Positions 39,760-50,971 are shown, counted from the whole stretch's first letter. The stretch is DNA of 63,326 bases, filler included, from Octopus bimaculoides (GCF_001194135.2; 7 parts of 6 records of this genome joined end to end with filler, not necessarily neighbours in it), one strand, 5' to 3'. Notes: a model not told the origin generated them from the letters alone. A program made the numbers and translations.

Positions 39760-40969
39760 TCTCTATGTAACGTACCGTTGTGGATAGCCGGCATCTATAT
39801 CAATTTGAGAGATAATTTCGGTATCCACCAGGATAACTTATCCCCATATATATATATATATATGAACCCGGGACCATGTGGTTGATAAGCAAGCTACTTA
39901 CCACACATATATATGCATACATATATATGTGAGTATGTGTGTGTATGTGTGTGTGTATTTATGTATATATGCACGTTAACAATATCATTATGGAATCTAT
40001 ATAATGGCTAAGAAATTCGCTTCGCAACTATGTCATTCCGAGCGTGTTCTTGTTGAGCGATTCTGTATGGATGTGACTCTTCTGTATATTTAAAACGTAG
40101 AACGCTCCTTTGGAGTAATGTCAGCCAACCTAACTGTATGTGGGGATGGAGTCGGGTGTGCGTTAGTGCCTGTACATGTGTGTGTGTGTGTGTATGTGTG
40201 TGTGTGTGTGTGTGTGTATGTGTGTGTGTGTGTGCGCGCGTATATGTGACTGTGTATATGTAACTGTGAATATGTGTGTGTTGCATACATGCACACAAAC
40301 ATGCATAGCTGCATATATTTCGTCTGCTGGGATATTGAATGTTAAACTAATTCATAAATATACATGCACAAGACAGACAGACAGACATATGTATGTAGAT
40401 ACGTACATATACTCACATACACACACACACATACACACATACGCATACATATATATATTTATATTGATATATATGCAAATAAATCTATATTACCCCATAA
40501 GTATGTATATATGTCTGTGTATATTTATGTACCTGTATATGTATACGTATATACATACACACACGCACATATATGTATATATTTATACGAATATATACGT
40601 GTATGTGTTTGTTTGTGTGTGTGTGTGTGCACAATTACATATACATGTATACGTGCATATACGCACACACGTAAGAATACTTAAGTCTCTAACGTGTTGT
40701 GACACATCTTAAAATGTTGAACAAAGTTGTTCTGGAACAAATTCCATATATTCATTAAATGGTGTTGTTCCAAGTTGGTTAGGGAATTTAAGTTCGTGTC
40801 CTCCAGAGAATAGCATGACAAAGACGCCGAGGTCTGTATATTAATGTTTTCTTCTGATAATCACTATTTTCGTTTGTAAATTTTCCTTCGTTTTAAACTG
40901 AAAACTAAATCGATAAACAAATCGATATTATTTGTACATATAAATGTATTTATTCATGCGTGTGTGTGT

Positions 40970-41042
<73 letters not shown>

Positions 41043-41182
41043 TACGTGTTTGCTTGTATACTCTAATAGGCGCTTCCTTATTTTTGGTTGTGTAGTTTAA
41101 TCAGTTATTGGAAATTCTGTTTACCAAATTAATGTTGAGCCGTTCGTATTCTCCGGTGTAGTGTTTAGTTATTACAGGAAGT

Positions 41183-41242
<60 letters not shown>

Positions 41243-41384
41243 CGTGTGTGTATGCGTGTGTGTGTGTGTGTGTCTGTGTGTGTGTGTGTGTGATCAATGT
41301 ATCATATATCCGAAAAGGAAGCACATTCGAAAGCATAGAACAGTAATGTATTTGTATCCAGTTAAGTCTAAGTACGGCCAAGGA

Positions 41385-41472
41385 GTGACCAATGGTTTCG
41401 CACCCACAAAGGCCTTAGCCCCGTGAACGTTTCGGGACTAAGCCCTTTGCGGATGCGAAACACATTTGTCAC
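41385..41472 (-). ncRNA. Candidate pre-miRNA hairpin
   Basis: On -: a 28-position stem (24 WC, 3 GU, 1 mismatch) and a 9-nt loop AAACGUUCA. A lower stem GUGAC..AAUG/CAUU..GUCAC adds about 10 bp. Three of four mismatches become GU only on this strand. Confidence 0.65.
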
Positions 41473-41523
41473 TCTCACTCTCTCTCTCTCTCTTTCTATA
41501 TATGTATATATATGTTTCCTCAT

Positions 41524-41557
<34 letters not shown>

Positions 41558-41575
41558 NNNNNNNNNNTATGTTTC

Positions 41576-41620
<45 letters not shown>

Positions 41621-41879
41621 ATATATATGTATATGTATATGTATATAAGGAAACAAAGAAAATGGAGATAAAATTGATAATTGATAAACATCAATATTGT
41701 AGTTAAGCTTGATAATACCTTGAACAACGCCAAGAGAAACAGCTGTCAGATGAGATACTGTCATTTTATAACCAATAAATGATAATTGTCGTTTATCAAT
41801 TATCTATTTTATCTCCATTTTCTTTATTTCCTTAAATAGAAACTTCGGTTTATTCTTGTTCTTACCTATCATTCGTGAA

Positions 41880-42214
41880 GGCGCATGGCTCAGTGGTTAG
41901 AGCGTCGAGCTTACGATCGTGAGGTTGTAAGTTCGAATCCCGGACCGGGCTGCATGTTGTGTTCTTGAGCAAGACACTTTATTTCACGTTGCTCCAGTTC
42001 ACTCACCTGTAGAAATGAGTTGCGACGTCACAGGTGCCAAACTGTATCGGCGCCTTTGCCTTTCCCTTGGATAACACTGGTGGCGTGGAAAGGGGAGTCC
42101 GCTATGCATGGGTGACTGCTGGTCTTCCATAAAAACAACCTTGCCCGGACTTGTGCCTTGGAGGGTAACTTCCAAGGTGCAATCCCATGGTCAGTCATGA
42201 TCGAAGGGAGTCTC
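41880..42214 (+). mobile_element. tRNA-derived SINE, family D, full length
   Basis: A box TGGCTCAGTGG (41886) and B box GTTCGAATCC (41931), followed by about 270 nt of non-tRNA body. No acceptor stem. Confidence 0.85.
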
Positions 42215-43107
42215 AGTAGAGCCTATATTTTATGAGCATTAGTACTAATACTCCTAATCACATATAGGTAAGACACCAGTTAATTCAAGTATCCCTTAGA
42301 CGATTGTTATAACCTCTAACTTAAGGCAGAGAGACAGACAGAGACAAACAGACTGACAGACAAACAGACAGGCAGACAGATAGATAGATAGATAGATAGA
42401 ATATCAGGAAAACGCAATGAATAATAGAGACCCGGTAAATAAAGGGAATGCGATTATTTTGTCAGTTTATTTACCTGTCTGATAATAGCTACTCGGATTG
42501 GATATGTAATGTTAATACTCATATAAACGGAACTATTGTAAAAAGCCGCTTTGCTTAACAAAGTCGATACGACATAGCAAACATATGTAAACAAATAAAT
42601 ACACCAGTTTCGTTTCCATAATGGAAGAACGTTAAATTTTGCGCTGACGCCCATTTTAGATTTTAAAAAATTAAAATTATCAGTGCCATGTGATTGTATC
42701 TGGTATGCGGAAATTGTGCAGAATCCTAATACGTATGCCTACTTAACAAGCTACATGCTTATTTACCTACCTAATTTCCTATCAATGCTTCGCGTTACTA
42801 CATAGAGAAAAACTGAAGTGCGTGAATTTGAGAGGGGAACATGTTGAATAAAATCATAATTCACTGATTTTCCTGTATTTTCTTTTACCCAGAATCAGGA
42901 ACTTTTCAGTCTTTTACCAACCACCTACTTGGTAGCAAGGTCGTCAAGGAAAGTATTTCGTTTTAACCACCATCCTTTAAGTCTTAAGAATGTCTTGCAA
43001 ATTTTTATTGTCGTAAATATCGTGATCATTTATAGCATATGAATTAAGGATTTTCCCAATTAAGCATGTGTATGTATGTATGTATGTATGTATGTATGTA
43101 TGTATGT

Positions 43108-43276
43108 ATCATCATCATCGTTTAACGTCCGCTTTCCATGCTAGCATGGGTTGGACGATTTGACTGAGGACTAGTGAAACCAGATGGCTACACCAGACTC
43201 CAATCTGATCTGGCAGAGTTTCTACAGCTGGATGCCCTTCCTAACGCCAACCACTTCGAGAGTGTAGTGGGTGCTT
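43108..43276 (-). mobile_element. RTE LINE extreme 3' end inserted in a (TATG)n microsatellite
   Basis: Homologous to 28268-28440 (CATCATC.TTTAACGT.CGCTTTCCAT...CCCTTCCTAACG.CAAC). Flanked on both sides by (TATG)n. Confidence 0.88.
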
Positions 43277-43323
43277 ATGTATGTATGTATGTATGTATGC
43301 ATGCGTGTATGTATGTATAACTA

Positions 43324-43816
43324 CAGGGTGTCCCAGAATGAGCTTTTCCAATTAAATCGGGCAAATTTTAAATGACAGAACTGTATGTTTATTACTTAAT
43401 TATGGAACCAAAACAAACAGATTTATAAGTCGGATGTCAAAACTTTATTGAAAATCTTTTATCGTCTGCTCCGTCTGTATCCCTGCAAATTTCAAATCTA
43501 TCTTTAGCATTGCGAAACACATTTTGAAGCATTTCAGGAATTATCTTCTGCGCTGCTGACTGAAGGCGTTCTTTAAGTTCAACTAAACTTTTGCTCCATC
43601 CTGGGGGTGGATGTAAAGAAAAATTTTGTAGCTAAATTGAAAAAAAAAATGCTGTCGTGGACAGATAAGCGGGATCCAACAGAAGCGAAAATAAAATTTA
43701 ACAAAAAAATTCATAAAATTAACATTTATTGAACATGATAAACATAACTAAAAGTGAGTTTTCTTTAAAAGACTCACTATTTCACTGATACAAATAATTA
43801 ATTCTGAAACACCCTG
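43324..43816 (-). mobile_element. Internally deleted Tc1/mariner element
   Basis: TA|CAGGGTGTCCCAGAAT ... ATTCTGAAACACCCTG|TA (TIR 14/16, TA target duplication). The minus strand encodes SLVELKERLQSAAQKIIPEMLQNVFRNAKDRFEICRDTDG, a Tc1/mariner transposase C-terminal signature. Confidence 0.85.
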
Positions 43817-44009
43817 TATAAATACGTCAAATAACACAAGAAAAAGAAAGCCTGTAAAAATAAAATTTTATTTACTTTAGATATATAATAGCATGAAAGA
43901 TTTCAGCTGTTTTATGATTTTGCGTATTCGTTTAGTTTGCAACACAAATGAAGATATCAGCAGTTTATTGGTTTATAATACAATTCTCTCAATAATAATA
44001 ATAATAAAT

Positions 44010-44930
44010 ACTTTTAATTTATGCACAAGGCCGGTAATTTTTAAGGTAGAGCGGGTGAACGACTTGACTGCTACTTTATTTTGTCTACCCTGGAGAAATT
44101 TAAAAAGCAAAGTTGACAACAGCGGAATTTGAACTCAGAAAGTAAAGCGACCGAAACGTACTTCTCTGACGTCTCAACCGGCAAAGCCACTTTTAATAAT
44201 TATTAAGGGCAAGGCCACTATATTTTTTTAAGGTGACAGGGATAGTCGATTACAATGATCCTCACCCCACCTACCTTCACCAAACACTTTACTCATACTT
44301 TATGCTATAAACTACGTTTAGATGAATGACAAAGTTAACCTTGGTGGGATTTAAGTTCGTAATGAAAAAAGCTGGAACAAATACCGCAAGGCACACTTCC
44401 CAAACTTCTAACGATTCTGCCAGTTCCACCCTTCTGTAAAGTAAAAATTCTTTCAAGGCCTGAAATCTTGGGGTGGGGAGCTAGTCGAGTATATGAACCT
44501 TACCACTCAGCTGGTGTTTATTTAATCCACCCTGTGGAACAAACAGAGACGGAAAAAATGTCGCTAGTTATTTTGTTCGGCATTCCAATTATTGTACCAG
44601 CTTGCTGTCTTCTTAAAAGCTGCACTAAAGATTTCTATATAACCAAGGAGCCAAACCTCAAAGGAAGAGGTTCAATTCTTTGAAATCATCTTCATTACTT
44701 CACTGGTAGCTTTTTATCAATCTTAGTGTGATGTCCACCGCCCAGCCGAGGCAACCAATTCACAATCCTCTTACTAAAAGTTATAATAATCTTTACTTTA
44801 AACACAAACGTTAAGGGAGAAATAGTTAATTAAATCGACTCCTGTATTTAATTGGAATAGAGGTAATGTTGACTTCGGCGGGATTCAAACTCGGAAAATA
44901 AAGGGACGCAACTAAATATCGCTACATAAG
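44010..44930 (-). mobile_element. Several degenerate SINE family B copies
   Basis: Recurrent AAAGTTGAC...GG(A/G)ATTT(G/C)AACTC motifs at about 44105, 44330 and 44865. Confidence 0.65.
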
Positions 44931-45369
44931 CATTCCGTAATGTTAAGAAATTCAACTTCAAGGAGCTCATTTATTGAACTTTCTCACCATTCTATATATG
45001 GTTCAATTATGAAAACTTAATGAATATTTTTTCCTAACGAAAGCCTACAAATATCTTTCTGCTTTCACTTTTAAGTCGATTTTTATTGCTTCCAAATCAT
45101 AAACATATGATAATATAATATATCACTCAAAACCGCATTTCATTAAAGTGTTTTGTTCAATTAAAAAAAACCATTATTTTTTAAAATGAAATTTTATGGA
45201 TCATTAAGTAAATATAACTAAAAGAAACATGCAAATAAACAGTTAAAAAAATAATGTAAATAAACAAATACTTCTAGTCTCTTCAAAATAGAATCACTGA
45301 TAAATGTAATTTTGTTACAAATAATTTTAAAAAATGTAAAATATTTTAATGGGACAATTATTTATAAAT

Positions 45370-45529
45370 AGGTGTGGGTGTGTGGTGAGAAGCTTGCTTC
45401 TCAATCACATGGGAGTAGGTTCAGACCTACTACGTGGCACCTTAGGCAAGTGTCTTCTACTATAGCCTCGGGCCGACCAAAGCCTTGTGAGTGGATTTGG
45501 TAGACGGAAACTGAAAGAAGGCCATCGTA

Positions 45530-45571
<42 letters not shown>

Positions 45572-45790
45572 TGCGTGCGTGCGTGTGTGTGTGTCCACAC
45601 CAACGCTTGAGAGCCGGTGTTGGTGTGTGTTTATGTCCCCTTAACTTAGCGGTTCGCCAAAAGTTACCGAGAGAAGAAGTATTAGGCTTTAAATAAAATA
45701 AGTCTTAGGGTAGACTTCTTCGATTAAAACCCTTCAAGGCGATGTCCCAGCATGGCAGCAGTCAAATGGTTGAAACAAGATAGAAAGACA
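45370..45790 (+). mobile_element. SINE family A, full length, antisense just downstream of the toxin-like gene stop
   Basis: Head, (GT)n linker and tail CAGCATGGCAGCAGTCAAATGGTTGAAACAAG are all present. Confidence 0.9.
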
Positions 45791-45867
45791 GAAAAAAAGA
45801 TAAAATGTACTGGAAAATGGCGACGGCTTAAAAAACGAGCCTGTTTTTTTTTTTGTCTCTCTGTATT

Positions 45868-46269
45868 TCAGGCGTCAAGGGGTTCTTCATCAATTTTTAT
45901 ATGTTGTTCGACACCGTAACGGAATTTACTTTTCCCCGTTACACTCCATATAAGGCAACCATTTTCTCTTCTACAATTTCTCATTATATCTTGATGCGAA
46001 CTCAAGAGCTGAACAATGTTTCCCTCAACGACCGATAAGAATGAATTGTTGTCTAGCAAGTTGGTCAGTACAACAACGATACGCCCTCGAATACGAACAG
46101 ACAAACGGAAGTCACAGTGGAACTCCTCTTCTGTTACCACCAAAGAAGCCGTCGTACGATGTTTTGGTCGTACTTGCACAGAACTATTCGCTGTCCATGT
46201 CAAACTCTCTTCGTGTGTTTCTTCACTTCCTTTCTCCATAGTCACCTCACGACCGAATCCTGTACTCAC
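45868..46269 (-). CDS. Aerolysin-like ETX/MTX2-family pore-forming protein, last coding exon (133 aa + stop)
   Basis: Acceptor TTCTTTCTTTTCTTTTTTTTTTTTTCAG| then, in phase 0, VSTGFGREVTMEKGSEETHEESLTWTANSSVQVRPKHRTTASLVVTEEEFHCDF...VTGKSKFRYGVEQHIKIDEEPLDA*. Motifs EE.LTW..NS.V.V.P...T.A.LV..E and G...FRYG.EQ.I are typical of invertebrate ETX/MTX2-like proteins. Confidence 0.88.
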   Translation of the reverse strand: MSTGFGREVTMEKGSEETHEESLTWTANSSVQVRPKHRTTASLVVTEEEFHCDFRLSVRIRGRIVVVLTNLLDNNSFLSVVEGNIVQLLSSHQDIMRNCRRENGCLIWSVTGKSKFRYGVEQHIKIDEEPLDA

Positions 46270-46483
46270 CTGAAAAAAAAAAAGAAAAGAAAGAACATGT
46301 CTTTACTCTGCAGGTGCATCATGTTACCACATGAATTTTCTCCCCTGTAGCAACAGGGCAGTGGCAGGGTAAACAATTCTAGAGAAAATGTAATGTACTA
46401 AAGGTTAATTTAATGTCACTTTTAATATGCCCAGTATAAGATCTGAAATTCTGGTCATACTGATGTCTCTGCCATCTCACCGC

Positions 46484-46895
46484 CTTAATAATAATTCTTT
46501 CAAATTATAAGGCAGCGAGCTTGCAGAATCGTTTGTACGCCGGACCAAACGCTTTGTAGGATTTCGTCCATCTGTATGTTCTAAGTTCAAATTCCGCTGA
46601 GGTCTACTTTGCCTTTCATCCTTCCGGAGCTGATAAAATTTATACCAGTTGAACTCTGGGATCGATTTAAATCTGCTGGCTTTGTGCCAAAATTTGAAAC
46701 AAATTATCCTTTTAAATTTTGGCACAAAACAAGAAATTTTCAGGGGAGGGGAAAGCTGAATACATCGAACTCATTGCTCGACTGATCCTTATTTTATCGA
46801 CCCTGAAATGATGAAAGGCATAGTCGACCCCATCTGAATTTGAATTGAGAACGTGAAAAACGCCATTAACTATTTTTTGCTACAATTGCGCTAGC
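46484..46895. mobile_element. Tail-to-tail inverted pair of SINE family B copies in the toxin-like gene intron
   Basis: + copy about 46484-46700 and - copy about 46715-46895. Confidence 0.82.
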
Positions 46896-47059
46896 TCACT
46901 GCCTTTCATCAAAATTTAAATCAGAAATTTACATCGTACTGCAACTTTGATCATTTCACTTAAGAAACGAAAATAATATCTAACAGTGCATGGGTTCATG
47001 GCGGACGTAAAGAATGTGGACCGCACCCACTTTCGTTATTTTTATTTATTTTTATTTTT

Positions 47060-47099
47060 TACAGAATCCCCCATTTTTGAGTACCGAGATTCTGATTCT

Positions 47100-47131
<32 letters not shown>

Positions 47132-47405
47132 NNNNNNNNNNNNNNNNNNNNNNNNNNNNNNNNNNNNNNNNNNNNNNNNNNNNNNNNNNNNNNNNNNNNN
47201 NNNNNNNNNNNNNNNNNNNNNNNNNNNNNNNNNNNNNNNNNNNNNNNNNNNNNNNNNNNNNNNNNNNNNNAAAAAAAAAAAAAAAAAAAAAATTCTGAAA
47301 AAGTGAAAATTGAAGAATTTGGGGGAGGGGGAATTCAAATTTTAAAATGGCGTTTTTTTTTTTCGCAAAATCAGAATCTCCGTACTCGAAAATGGGGGAT
47401 CTGTA
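47060..47405. mobile_element. MITE-like element with about 45-bp terminal inverted repeats (spans a gap)
   Basis: ACAGAATCCCCCATTTTTGAGTACCGAGATTCTGATTCTGC versus the reverse complement of GCAAAATCAGAATCTCCGTACTCGAAAATGGGGGATCTGT, about 5 differences. Confidence 0.6.
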
Positions 47406-47895
47406 TAAAAAAATTTTGGCGGAGGGAGCCAGTCGATTAGAGAAAAATGTACTAAATGAATTAAATAGAAAATAATTTAAGGTGTCAAAACTTGTGAATA
47501 AATATGTATATCTGTATGTGTAAAACGATGACTTGATTGGCACTATATTTTGTCAAGCTCAGAAGGATAAATGGAAGGAAAATTTGATCCCGACCGGATA
47601 TAAACTAAGAACGTGAAGTGTGTTAATGAATACTGCAAAGTTTTTTTGTTTTTTTTTCTTGACATCATTGTAACGATATTAACTGCTCGCTATCTGTCAT
47701 TCTCTGTGAAATACTTACTACAAACTATTCAAATCATCTCTTCACCTCTTCAGATTTGAAACCTCGCACCAATGTTTAAAAACCATTATTTGAATTAAGC
47801 AACCGTTCCACTGAAAACGTGAATGGGAAATAGAAACGAAAAGATAAGGTTAAAAATAAACTGAAAACAAACCAGTTACCAAATGCGCTACTGAC

Positions 47896-48258
47896 CTCCA
47901 TAATATCCTCAGGGAGGGCTAACTTCAGTTCAATATTAAATCCTTTCGAGAAACCTTGAGTCAAAGCTGTGGTACATGTAGAAGTAGTGGTTCGTTCTGT
48001 AGTGAAAGAGTTCTCCTGATTTTCCTTCGTATTATTTTCGTAGATGGATTTAAATACTACTTGCGACCTCTGACCTTTGCTACGATCCTTGTTTAGATAT
48101 TCCAAGTCGAACGTGCTAAATTCCGTGTGGTTCCAATTGATCTTCAATAGTACGTTTTTGTATTCGTGCTTTTTAGCGTCCTTACTAGACTTCTGAAATT
48201 GCGTCCAAGCCCAGTTCTTAATAAGTGGATCCAAATCAACAATGTTGGCATAGTCCAT
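47896..48258 (-). CDS. Aerolysin-like ETX/MTX2-family pore-forming protein, first clear coding exon (121 aa)
   Basis: MDYANIVDLDPLIKNWAW...VVFKSIYENNTKENQENSFTTERTTTSTCTTALTQGFSKGFNIELKLALPEDIME|GTCAGT. Family motif F...Y.N.T...Q...F.T.R.T.S followed by an amphipathic hairpin. The phase-0 donor matches the phase-0 acceptor at 46269. An acceptor TAG at 48266-48264 implies an upstream exon. Confidence 0.88.
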
Positions 48259-48699
48259 GTTCACTATATGGCCAAAAAAAAAAATAGATAAATAAATAAA
48301 AGACCATAGGCATTAATTTTAGATGAATTTTCAGGGATAATATTTTTAAAATATTGATCTTTCAGTGAGATCCAGAAAATAAAAATACATATAAAAATTT
48401 AAAATAGAGTCAAGTGATCGCAACTCTCAAGCAGAAGGGGAGATAAGTTTAGGACATCCGGTATATATTCTAGGGAATATAGTCTAGAGACCCAATTCTG
48501 GACTATGTATGCTATGGCTTGCTGTCAGTAAGTAAATACTATATGGCCAAGGGCATTGATTTCTTAGACGGCCCTGATGACCACTGGCACCACCACTACC
48601 AACTACCACGACAGCAACTACATCTGCAAGAATAGTACAACCACTACTACGACCACTACCACTACTACCATCACCGCCATCGCCAGCACCATCACCACC

Positions 48700-49110
48700 C
48701 TACCCCTAAAACACGAACCCTAACCCTAAAACCCTAAAGCTAAAACCAGTACAAACGCACGGACGATGTCATAAATAACAGTACCACGGATAGTTGTTGT
48801 TGAGAAACTACGGCACTAATTTTATTCAAGGGAAAAGATCCCATGACACCGTTAGAACATGTTGTTTACATTCCACGGCAGTAATTGTTTTCACCTCAAT
48901 AGACGTCAGTGATTGGTTNNNNNNNNNNACATGTTGTTTACATTCCACGGCAGTAATTGTTTTCACCTCAATAGACGTCAGTGATTGGTTGAAATTACCG
49001 AAATACGACAATTTTTTACATGGAATAACTTCGAATACAAAAATTTTTATCTTTTCTAATAACACAAAATATACAAGTATACGAAGTTTGAAAGTGTTTC
49101 GGTACCAAAA
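48700..49110. repeat. Probable non-autonomous transposon remnant with CCCTAA-like motifs
   Basis: ACCCTAACCCTAAAACCCTAAAGCTAAAACC followed by complex sequence. A 61-nt part is duplicated exactly across a 10-N gap. Confidence 0.4.
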
Positions 49111-49808
49111 ACACTGCATAAAGCATAAATGAAAAGTGTTGCCCGTCAAATCAAAAAGATCCATTCGGTGTTCAAATCCTAGCCATATTGACTTCGCTCT
49201 CCTGTTCGTTAAAAATACAATTTACCCGTCTTATACAAAACTGTGGCGTCATATGCTACGTAAAAAATAATCATTATTTGATTACACTTTGTTATATTAT
49301 CATTCATTACAGTTACTATATTTAAACTTTTGATAAACTGCAACGTCATAAATTTGGTGATCAATGTGAAAAAAATGTACAAAGAAAGAAAATAACAAAA
49401 AATCATAGAAAGAAGGAGAGACTGTATGAAAGGAAGAAATTATGTGGTGAAAGAAGAGAGAATATTTTAAAAGTCAAAATAACTGTAATAATGGATTCTC
49501 TCTCTCTCTCTTTCTTTCTTTCTCTTTTTCTCTCTCTCTTTCTCTGTCTCCAACTCTCTTTTTTTACTTCCGCTATGTCGTCCCATTCTCAAATTAGTTA
49601 CAAATATTTAAAATTTCCCAGCTATTTTATTTCTCTATGTCTCTTGTGTATTTTTTTCCCCCTTCCTCTTACATTCTCCGAATTTATTCGGACGCGTTTT
49701 CTTTTTATTTCGAACGCAAATGTATGTTAGTTGGCGCTTGCGTTAATACGTCATGGCGGCCAGGAGTCGTCGATGAAACAATATAATGGTGTCGTATAAT
49801 TTACTCAC

Positions 49809-49835
49809 GTTGTTGTTGGGAAGAGAGAAGCGCAA
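49809..49835 (-). other. Candidate 27-nt upstream micro-exon of the toxin-like gene
   Basis: tttgttttacattag|TTGCGCTTCTCTCTTCCCAACAACAAC|gtgagt. Symmetric phase 1 and stop-free when joined to 48263. Confidence 0.3.
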
Positions 49836-50164
49836 CTAATGTAAAACAAATAAACACTACCCCCCACCCCCCACCCCCGCACATGCATGCATGCATATAC
49901 ACAATCGCGCATATGTACGTAGTCAAGTATGCATATGTGATTTGAATATTTCGTATGTATATATGTATGTGCGTGCGCTATAGGCACAAACTTATGTCCA
50001 TATGAACTGCATACGTATGTGTTTATCCCGGGGCTGAGGAATATATAAGCGTTTATTGTTTATACCACTTAAATGCAAATATATGTGTGTGTGTGTGTGT
50101 GTGTGTGCAGAAGAAAGTGAGAATTTGTGTTTACATTCATCCATCCATGCATGCATACATACAT

Positions 50165-50195
<31 letters not shown>

Positions 50196-50284
50196 TGTGT
50201 GTATACATTTATGCATATGTACGAACACACACATAAACTTCAGTGTATGTGTTGTATGTGTGTGAGTGTGTGTGCGTATAAATA

Positions 50285-50343
<59 letters not shown>

Positions 50344-50344
50344 A

Positions 50345-50410
<66 letters not shown>

Positions 50411-50797
50411 CTTATATAAAGACATATATGTACGTGTGTGTATATGATATGCATGTATGTATGTATATATATATGTGTGTGTGTCCGTGTGTGTACACAC
50501 ATACACACACATGCATAGGTGCACACATAAATAAGCGTCTAAATCTATTCCAATATATAAATCCATTCATCCTGCGCACACCATCACGAACTTTCTCATA
50601 TAGACATATAAACACATAAACCATACATTCATGCGCATAAATACACAGACACACACACACGCACATACATTCTATATGTGTGTATAGAAAGAAATACGTA
50701 CACGCATAAATACCTAAACGTATACATACATACATACATAAAATATTTTTTCAGTGTCATAAGATATAATAAACTTCAAGTTATTTTCTTCAACTAT

Positions 50798-50871
<74 letters not shown>

Positions 50872-50971
50872 NNNNNNNNNNNNNNNNNNNNNNNNNNNNN
50901 NNNNNNNNNNNNNNNTTAATTAATTAANNNNNNNNNNNNNNNNNNNNNNNNNNNNNNNNNNNNNNNNNNNN

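Noticed and set aside
40681-40833. Candidate exon on - (two open frames of 40-50 codons)
   Set aside because: The acceptor lacks a pyrimidine tract, the sequence is short, and no motif is recognised.
41880-41955. tRNA gene (A and B boxes, TAC-like loop)
   Set aside because: The anticodon and acceptor stems do not pair, and it continues into a SINE body also seen at 19455 and about 54670.
42433-42480. Hairpin GGTAAATAAA/TTTATTTACC
   Set aside because: Only about 10-13 bp of AT-rich pairing, which is expected by chance.
47776-47895. C-terminal NWFVFSLFL... tail of the 162-aa ORF as a transmembrane segment
   Set aside because: It is intron read-through past the GTCAGT donor; family similarity continues in the exon at 46269.
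48858-48990. Exact 61-nt direct repeat (similar case at 41507-41600)
   Set aside because: The copies flank a 10-N gap, so this is overlapping contig ends.
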